Below, piece by piece: positions 1 to 6,307 of a stretch of DNA of 32,000 bases. The stretch's first letter is position 1; each line of letters begins with the position of its first letter. Source of the stretch: Alkalilimnicola ehrlichii MLHE-1 (GTDB lineage Bacteria > Pseudomonadota > Gammaproteobacteria > Nitrococcales > Halorhodospiraceae). Position numbers and translations under genes: made by a program. The stretch lies in NCBI RefSeq assembly GCF_000014785.1, contig NC_008340.1, positions 1,320,001-1,352,000 of the forward strand, given 5' to 3'. A model generated the notes under the pieces. It saw nothing but the letters and a program-made list of their open reading frames with translations. It did no database searches and had not been told where the DNA came from.

Positions 1-1513
1 GCGCCCGCGCAAGACCCGGTAGAGCACCAGCGCGAGGAAGCAAATCATCGCGTGCGCCCGAATGCGCTCCGGCAGCCGGTGGTAGACCGGCGCGATTTCA
101 ATCTCGCTCTTGAGTACCCGGAATCCACGCTCGATATCGGCCAGGGAGCGGTAACGCTCTACCACAGCTTCCGCCCCCATGTCGGTGAGGCTGGTAACCA
201 GCAGTAGCTTGCCGTCCAGACGTTCGGCAGCCGCCCAGGCGGGCTCATCGATGGTGTAGCTGAATTGCGGCGAGCCGAGATCGGCCTTGATGATCGCGCT
301 CATGCGCCTCTCCAGCACGGCCTTGTGGAAGCGCTGGTAGGCACTACGGTCGGTGGAACGCCGCCCACGACCGGGCTGGCCAGCATCCTGATTATCGAGT
401 CGCTCGGCGAGTTGGGCACCAAGGGCGTCAAGCTCTTCGATGGTCTGCCGACGCTGCGCGCTCTGCTCGGCGGCCCGTTCGGCATTGTGGGCCACCACCA
501 GGCGTCGGCCCTGCCAGGTGGTTTCGGTCACCACGTCCTGACTAGGCTCGGTGACGGCGGTTTCCAGTTGCGTATGCAGAGACTCCATCACCTCGGTGAA
601 GTCCCCGTAACGCCGGGCGGGTACAGCCAGAATGTAGTCGACCGTCAGCCCCTGCTCGACGCCCAGTGCCTCCAGAGTGTCGATGTTATCGAAGCTGAGC
701 AGGCCGCGGTCGGCGACCACTACCACGCGGGCGAGCGCGAAACGCTCCAGCAGACGTTCAATCATTGGGGCCAGGGTGCGCGTCTCGGCGACATTCCCCT
801 CGAAGACCTCGTGGGCGATCGGCAGGCCTTCGGCAGTCTGGACCACCCCCAGCGCAAATTGGCGGCCAATACCGGCGGTGTCCTTGCTGAGGCCATGCTG
901 ACGGATATCGTCTTCCATCGCATGGGTGCCGTGGATGCGTACCGTGGTGAGATCGTAAAAGATGACGCTGAGATCCTGGTCAAGCAGCGGCCGCAACTGG
1001 CCGGCTACCGCACGCTCCACGGCCTCCTTGTGGTCCTCCAACGCATCCATGGCACGCAGGAGTTGCTCGTGGTGCACGGTCGAGGCATCGAGCCCGGGCA
1101 TGCTGGTGCTCTCGCGCAACCACTCCAGCGTGCCGCGTTTGCTGCTCGGCTCAGCGAGGCGGTTGAAAACCATGGCTCGGATGAGTGCCTCGGCATCGAA
1201 CTGTCGTCGGGAGGAGCGCAGAGCCCGTTTCAAGGCCCCATCCAGGCCTAACTCCTGCCAGAGCTGATGGAGGGTCCACACATCGCCAAAGGCGCGGGCG
1301 GTCTCGAACTGAGGCGCTTCAGGCAATGATTCAGGACGCCCCACCGCCCGTTGGAGTCCCTTGATGAGCGGCTCCAGGTCAGCTGCCTCAAGCTGATCAA
1401 GGCGACCCAGGCTGGCTACCACACGCTGTTTAACCTTGCCGTTGGCGTCTCGGTAGCCCTCGACCAACTGCAAATAGCGGCGCGGGCCGGACTTTGTGAT
1501 GCGCGTGTACATG
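1..1513 (-). CDS. IS1634-family (IS4-like DDE) transposase; the C-terminus lies beyond the window start
   Basis: Absent from the ORF track because it runs off the window. My minus-strand translation from the ATG (cat at 1511-1513) reads MYTRITKSGPRRYLQLVEGYRDANGKVKQRVVASLGRLDQLE... and stays open to base 1. DDE-type blocks are present: VIFYDLTT, VVVVADRGLLS, YRSLADIERGFRVLKSEIEIAPVYH. The listed + ORF 265..1251 is its antisense shadow. Confidence 0.8.
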
Positions 1514-1556
1514 GCATGACATTATGCCACCCAGAGACCTGCAATCAATAGCCAGC

Positions 1557-2156
1557 TTAGGATTCGCGTGACACAACAGCGGCTTGGCTGGTTCTGGCCG
1601 CGCAGATCAATCGCTTCAAGCACTTACGTCCCACAACCCCTTGGGTTTTCGGTCTGAAGTGTGGAACTTGGGCGCCCCAGGTCACGCTGGCGGGCATGGG
1701 CGTCTTGAACCTACTTGCACCCGTGAACACCACCACGGAATGGATGTGCTCTGGCGGGACACCAAGCGCTGACTCCAGTGCCTTCACGTGCTTGTAATTC
1801 TGGCGAAGGGGGTTCTGGAACTTGAAGGTTTTCTTGTAGATCTTCTGCGTCCACTGAGCCTGACGCTCGCCGCCGAAAATCCAGCCCTTCATGTTCTTTG
1901 TCTCTACCACGAAGATGCCGTAGCGAGACACGAAGATATGGTCGATCTGCGTGGTTCCGTCCGGTGTGGGTAGCGTGACGTTGTGCAGTCGGTGGTATTT
2001 ACTCGCCGGGAGCCTTAGCTTCGCTGCCAACTTGACCAAGGATTCGCCGACCAGCCCCTTGAACCATGGAGAGCGGAGTATCGCCATGATCAGGGCGATA
2101 GGAATCACCCACCACAGTGTCTTCAGGATTTCAGTTGTGATTAGGTTAGTGTCCAT
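1557..2156 (-). CDS. NERD (nuclease-related domain) protein with an N-terminal membrane anchor; the 3' end abuts the IS
   Basis: 199-aa ORF. It has an N-terminal hydrophobic helix (LKTLWWVIPIALIMAIL) and a NERD/PD-(D/E)xK-like core (QIDHIFVSRYGIFVVETKNMKGWIFG...QNPLRQNYKHVKALE...VVVFTG). Family assignment is by motif recognition only. Confidence 0.7.
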   Translation of the reverse strand: MDTNLITTEILKTLWWVIPIALIMAILRSPWFKGLVGESLVKLAAKLRLPASKYHRLHNVTLPTPDGTTQIDHIFVSRYGIFVVETKNMKGWIFGGERQAQWTQKIYKKTFKFQNPLRQNYKHVKALESALGVPPEHIHSVVVFTGASRFKTPMPASVTWGAQVPHFRPKTQGVVGRKCLKRLICAARTSQAAVVSRES

Positions 2157-2216
2157 GTCTTGTCATCAACGTGGCGCTAACCGGCGCGAGGCACGAGCGT
2201 CCGGTTGAGCAATTTG

Positions 2217-2693
2217 TTAGCGGTATAAAGTCAAAATCTTCCTGATAGCCAACTTAGCGGCAGCGAGCGGTATCACGGTCATGACAGGAACAAGCATCGC
2301 GCCCACGAACACAGCTCCAGACGTTGCAGGACTCCACTCGAGCGGGTTGAGATAGAACAGCGCCATAGCTCCGGTCGCCACCCCGCAGAGAAGGAGAGAC
2401 ACAGTCACCCGAAACTCCAGGGCCCAATACTGCGGCCACTGGTAAAGAACTTTATTCTCTTCCTCGTCCCCCGGCCGTAGCACATCCATGCCGAGTTTGT
2501 AGCTAACACCTACCAGCACAAGCGGAAGCCCGCCAAGGAAGGCAGGAAGCCCCTTTGCATCTCTAACAGACGAAGCCACCGCCTCGAAAAACTCGGGGTT
2601 TCGGTGCGCCAGGAGCGCGACCGCTAGAACGCAAAGAAGCTCGGGCGACACCAACAGAAGCCGCTTTAGGTCAAGGAGCTTCGCGAGCATCAA
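2217..2693 (-). CDS. small integral membrane protein, about 4 predicted TM helices, unknown function
   Basis: 158-aa ORF with four hydrophobic stretches (LLLVSPELLCVLAVALLA, LPAFLGGLPLVLVGV, VTVSLLLCGVATGAMALFYL, AVFVGAMLVPVMTVIPLAAA). Its ATG overlaps the upstream gene's stop as ATGA (2690-2693). Confidence 0.7.
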   Translation of the reverse strand: MMLAKLLDLKRLLLVSPELLCVLAVALLAHRNPEFFEAVASSVRDAKGLPAFLGGLPLVLVGVSYKLGMDVLRPGDEEENKVLYQWPQYWALEFRVTVSLLLCGVATGAMALFYLNPLEWSPATSGAVFVGAMLVPVMTVIPLAAAKLAIRKILTLYR

Positions 2694-3583
2694 TCGTGCT
2701 CCATGTGTCGCTCTTCTTTGATTCGCTCAAGTATAGCGGCCGTTTTCCGGTAGAGTTCCTCGGGTTCAGGGTCTCGCGCGAACGAGAAGTTCCTTACCGT
2801 TTCAGAGGTCCTGATTATTACCACATCATCGCCCTGCTTCCCCCGCACGTATCCTTTGCCGTATCCATCAGCGGCCATCAGGATGGCAGCATCTCCGATT
2901 GGCAACGATCCCGGTGCGTACGGCTTGTCCGCACTCTGCTGAACAATACCTTGGACATGCTCCGGCAGGTCGGTGTCGAGCGGCTCCCTTTGGCTGCTGT
3001 CCTCTTCGACTTTCATGCGGTCTGTGTTGCGGGACTTGAGGTAGTTCTTGAGATCCTCCCACAACGGACCGAACAATGGGTTGGGCGGCGACACGGTCGC
3101 TGATACGCGATATATTCCGTCTAATCCGTTGAGTTTGCGTGCAAATGAACGAAGATCAGCTATGGGGTCGACATCGCACCGCGCAAGAAGCTGGTTGTGC
3201 GAGGCATTGATAACCTCAGCCCAACGATTCATGAAGGTCGTATGCTCTATCTGATTGGACACATGGAGGAACGAGAGGCCCGAATGCTCGGGGACGTATA
3301 GGAAAGGGCTCGATGCGCGCGTGATATTGGGCTGCCGCTGAGTCGTCTCCTTGTGTTGCTCCGGATCGACTACCGAAACCTCGCCGTCTGGATCGTATTT
3401 CCCAAGACGCCCAAAAAAGTATGAGGATCGGCCATCGGAAAGCTCGCGGACGTCAAGGAACGTCCATGCGGAACCGTACCTCGTTATGCTCTCAGGCGCA
3501 CGCAGAGCGGCCTTTATGTCGGCGGTTTCAAGAGCGCCGGTCTTTACTACCCTCCCTAGGTAGTAGGTTCCCTTGCGGGCCAT
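2690..3583 (-). CDS. hypothetical 297-aa soluble protein of unknown family, translationally coupled to the 4-TM gene
   Basis: Long ORF in the AT-richer region with an ATG start and a GGGGGA Shine-Dalgarno-like run upstream. I saw no Walker, TIR, helicase or other catalytic motif. The overall layout (YYLGRV...YFFGRLGKYDPDGEV...ATVSPPNP...AADGYGKGYVRGKQGDDVVIIRT) vaguely recalls DUF4747-type proteins, but this is unverified. Confidence 0.7.
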   Translation of the reverse strand: MARKGTYYLGRVVKTGALETADIKAALRAPESITRYGSAWTFLDVRELSDGRSSYFFGRLGKYDPDGEVSVVDPEQHKETTQRQPNITRASSPFLYVPEHSGLSFLHVSNQIEHTTFMNRWAEVINASHNQLLARCDVDPIADLRSFARKLNGLDGIYRVSATVSPPNPLFGPLWEDLKNYLKSRNTDRMKVEEDSSQREPLDTDLPEHVQGIVQQSADKPYAPGSLPIGDAAILMAADGYGKGYVRGKQGDDVVIIRTSETVRNFSFARDPEPEELYRKTAAILERIKEERHMEHD

Positions 3584-3658
3584 GCAAATTCCCCCAGAGT
3601 CTTATTGTTGGTCTTCCGCTAACGGCCGGCTTCCAAACGGCCGGCGTCCAAGCCGATG

Positions 3659-4309
3659 TTAGCGCTGATGGGATGGCGCGACCCCAACCCGTCTGAGCGC
3701 CTCGGCGATGTCTCTCCGGTTTATCAGTTGGTAAGTGTTGTCGCCCATGTCTAGCTCGAAGTCTAGGGCGCCACACATGCCATTTATCCTGCCGTACCCC
3801 GGCGCGCGAACAGGTGCGTTCGGCTTGCCCTTGATTTCGTGCTTAGCTAAGTTGATGCGGATCGATTCAGCCATTCTGAAAACCGGCTCTAGCGCCGCAT
3901 CGTGGGCCTCCATGAGGGCAACGAACTCCGGATCCTCTTGGAGACGCTCAAGATGCCTCACCTTCATGAGAGCTCCTAGGTTGTGCTGATCCTGCTGGAG
4001 CCGACGCATCATGTGAGGGATGGCGCCGTTCTCGCGCCATGTCTTCAACTTGCGAATCCGGTGGCGCCACGTCCTGAGCAACTCGTATAACGCGAATATC
4101 CACATCTGAGACTGCGCCGACACAAACAGCGCCTGCTGAGTAGGCGTCCGCTCAATCTCAAAATATGTTCTTAAAAGGTTGTACTCTTGGTCCGTGATAA
4201 AGGAGTCGTTTATCGCGATGTTCATCCCCTGCATGTTGAGGAACATGTCATCGAACAGGACCAAGCTACGGAACATCGTATGGATCCGTGAGAAGTCGAT
4301 CTCGTCCAA
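3659..4309 (-). CDS. hypothetical 216-aa protein; the start is uncertain because an in-frame TAG lies just upstream
   Basis: ORF in the AT-richer cassette. The track start at 4309 is a TTG and the first ATG is codon 12. An in-frame 14-codon mini-ORF with a good SD lies immediately upstream, separated only by TAG (see findings). Confidence 0.6.
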   Translation of the reverse strand: MDEIDFSRIHTMFRSLVLFDDMFLNMQGMNIAINDSFITDQEYNLLRTYFEIERTPTQQALFVSAQSQMWIFALYELLRTWRHRIRKLKTWRENGAIPHMMRRLQQDQHNLGALMKVRHLERLQEDPEFVALMEAHDAALEPVFRMAESIRINLAKHEIKGKPNAPVRAPGYGRINGMCGALDFELDMGDNTYQLINRRDIAEALRRVGVAPSHQR

Positions 4310-4383
4310 CGCAGGCTAGAGCTCTTCGTCATGCTCGCTGTGGTCGTCGTAGTGCGCCATTACTCCACCCGCTAACATCTAAG

Positions 4384-4418
4384 CATTTATCTGCCGTGCG
4401 CAGCATGGCGGATAAATG
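4384..4418. repeat. 12-bp-stem hairpin (CATTTATCTGCC / GGCGGATAAATG, 11-nt loop), possibly the terminal structure of the IS91-family remnant
   Basis: The inverted repeat is read directly from the sequence, with one G-T mismatch. It lies about 280 bp downstream of the IS91-like transposase stop, where IS91-family ori ends sit. Confidence 0.35.
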
Positions 4419-4698
4419 TCTGTTGGACTGAGCCGCCCTGCCCGGAGGCACGCGCTGGGTGGTCTTCTATATAAGGGGGAAAGTATCAGGCGCCCGTGGG
4501 GCACTTCGCACCTAGCGGCGCGAACCGAGTAATGCGTGGGTCTTCCTTGAGCGACCACCGCCGGTCTCCTCGAAGCTGGCCGTGAGTTCGTTCCCTTGAT
4601 ACTGCACCAGCCCTGCCCGAATTCCAACCGATGGCCCGCAAGGGACCGCGCCTTGCTCTGAAGGCGGTCTTCTCCACACGTTCAGACGGTGCGTCGAG

Positions 4699-5088
4699 CT
4701 ACGGGGATCGTCGTCGTTCCGCCTCCTCCCGCAGCGCACGGGGTTGCAGTTCCGCGATGACGAACAAGTAGCCCGACTTGCATTCCGGGCAGGGGGTGCC
4801 AACAGCCGAGGCCTCACCCGCCAAAGCGGGCGGTTCAGTGTAGGCTGACAGTGCTTCCCGCACCTGCGCCAGCTTGGCCCTGTGACTGCGGTTAGCCAGC
4901 AGCCCAAAATGGCGGATTCGCATCAGCCCCTTCGGCAGCACGTGTAGGAGCACCCGGCGCACGAACTCCTCACCGGCAAGCGTCACCTCACGGCGCTTGC
5001 CGTTCGCCCGGTAGTCCTGGTAGCGGAACGTGACGCTGGCCTCGTCGATGGCCAGGATTCGGTCATTGTGGATGGCGCTGCGGTGCGT
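4699..5088 (-). pseudogene. IS91-family transposase remnant (C-terminal ~129 codons only)
   Basis: The frame is open from the stop at 5089-5091 down to 4699 and reads THRSAIHNDRILAIDEASVTFRYQDYRANGKRREVTLAGEEFVRRVLLHVLPKGLMRIRHFGLLANRSHR...CPECKSG. That is the characteristic C-terminal block of IS91/Y2 transposases. There is no N-terminal portion and no plausible start. Confidence 0.75.
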
Positions 5089-5258
5089 CTAGGGGGACCG
5101 GTAGAGCGCGCCGGTCCGCGCCGCCTCACGCAGCGGAGGGGTTCACCATCCGTCTTTGGTAATGGCGCGAGAGCGCGCGGACCGGAAAATGGCATGCGCT
5201 GATTGGGTCCTTATATTGAATGGGGTAGAAACAAGGGGCATGGCAGGCATGTATGCAG

Positions 5259-6131
5259 TCAGCGTCCCCCAGCCCGCCGCCAAGCTCGCTCCTTGGCCTC
5301 ATCCGCCTCCGCTTCATCCAACTCCGCCGTAATGGCGTTCACCAACCGCTCCCCGTCCGGGTGCCCGTTGGCCGCCGCCAGCCAAGCCCAACTCGCGGCC
5401 TCTAACTTGTCCCCCTCGTCCATGCCTTCGCCGGCGTAGTACATCTCCGCCAGCCAGGCCTGCATGGGGGCGTTAATCTGGGTGTCCGGTGAGCGGGCCC
5501 CTTCGTACAGGTAGGGCAGGGCGCGCTCGGGGTCGGGTTCGATGCCCAGGCCCTCCCGGTACATCCGCGCCAGGTAGTAGCTGCCCATGTCCAGCCCTTC
5601 CTCCAGGGCCGCTTTGAAATGCCCCTGGGCGCGCTCGGCCAGCTCGGCGGAGCCGCCGCCCACCACGTCGCTCAGCAGCACCGATCCGATCCCCAGGTGG
5701 GCCTCGTGGTGGCCCGCGTCGATGGCCACCTGGAACCAGTGTTCGGCCGCTTCCCGGTCGGGCGTCACCCACGCCCCCTCCAGGTAGGCCCAGGCGACGC
5801 GGGTGGCGTGCTCGGTGCGGCCGGCCTCCACGGCGCGCTGGTACCAGTGCAGCGCCTGTTGTCCGTCTGCCTCCACGCCCAGGCCCTCCTGGTGGAAGTA
5901 GCCCAGGTGCACCTTGGCCCGGGCGCTGCCCGCCGAGGCGGCGGACTCCAGCCACGCCAGGGCTTCGGCGTAGTCCTCCTGATCAGCGTGGGCCAGGGCG
6001 ATCTCCCGTTGGCCCTCGGCGCTGTGGTCGTCGGCGGCGCTTTCCTCCCAAGGCGGCGGGCCCGCCAATGCCGGGCCGGTGGTCAGGGCCAGGGAGAGCA
6101 GGGCGGAGCAAAGCAGGGAACGGGTGCGCAT
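5259..6131 (-). CDS. secreted Sel1-like repeat (SLR/TPR-like) protein
   Basis: The ORF track gives 5259..6170. I prefer the ATG at 6131, which gives a signal peptide (MRTRSLLCSALLSLALTTGPALA) and has a GAGG upstream. Sel1-type units repeat (AKVHLGYFHQEGLGVEADGQQALHWYQRAVEAG, YYLARMYREGLGIEPDPERALPYLYEGA). Confidence 0.8.
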   Translation of the reverse strand: MRTRSLLCSALLSLALTTGPALAGPPPWEESAADDHSAEGQREIALAHADQEDYAEALAWLESAASAGSARAKVHLGYFHQEGLGVEADGQQALHWYQRAVEAGRTEHATRVAWAYLEGAWVTPDREAAEHWFQVAIDAGHHEAHLGIGSVLLSDVVGGGSAELAERAQGHFKAALEEGLDMGSYYLARMYREGLGIEPDPERALPYLYEGARSPDTQINAPMQAWLAEMYYAGEGMDEGDKLEAASWAWLAAANGHPDGERLVNAITAELDEAEADEAKERAWRRAGGR

Positions 6132-6196
6132 GGTCGGTGCCTCGGATTGGCTCGGTGGAACGATGCGCATTCTAAGGCCATGAATGGCCTGTCAAT

Positions 6197-6214
6197 ATGA
6201 CAGTTCCATGACAC
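6197..6214 (-). promoter_or_regulatory. candidate Pho box facing the Sel1 gene
   Basis: The minus strand reads GTGTCAT-GGAA-CTGTCAT, compared with the E. coli Pho-box pattern CTGTCAT-A/T-rich N4-CTGTCAT. Confidence 0.5.
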
Positions 6215-6232
6215 AAGCGGGCCTTCGCCAAA

Positions 6233-6250
6233 TTGTCACGAAACCGTCAT
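6233..6250 (+). promoter_or_regulatory. candidate Pho box of the pstC promoter
   Basis: TTGTCAC-GAAA-CCGTCAT, two 7-mers with a 4-nt spacer. A -10-like TACCAT at 6261-6266 lies 10 nt downstream, which is canonical Pho promoter geometry. The site is 58 nt upstream of the pstC ATG. Confidence 0.5.
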
Positions 6251-6307
6251 GCCGGGCGCCTACCATCGCCGTCACTTCATCCACCACGGCGAGTTCACAC
6301 CTTGACC

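Noticed and set aside
265-1251. A 328-aa plus-strand ORF at the left edge
   Set aside because: The opposite strand encodes a clear IS1634-type transposase that is continuous from 1513 to base 1. This ORF is its antisense shadow.
2690-3583. A CD-NTase/cyclase-like GS...D.D motif (YGSAWTFLDVRE) in the 297-aa protein
   Set aside because: The spacing between GS and the acidic residues is too short for the nucleotidyltransferase fold motif, and no second catalytic Asp region is apparent.
3659-4309. A HEPN-like Rx4-6H motif (RLQQDQH) in the 216-aa protein
   Set aside because: A single short pattern match with no supporting helical-bundle context that I can verify. It is too weak to support a HEPN RNase call.
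5473-6200. ORFs 5473..5955 (-) and 5619..6200 (+) overlapping the Sel1 gene
   Set aside because: They are alternate or antisense frames of a gene with a clear signal peptide and Sel1 repeats. Their composition is low-complexity Gly/Arg/Pro.
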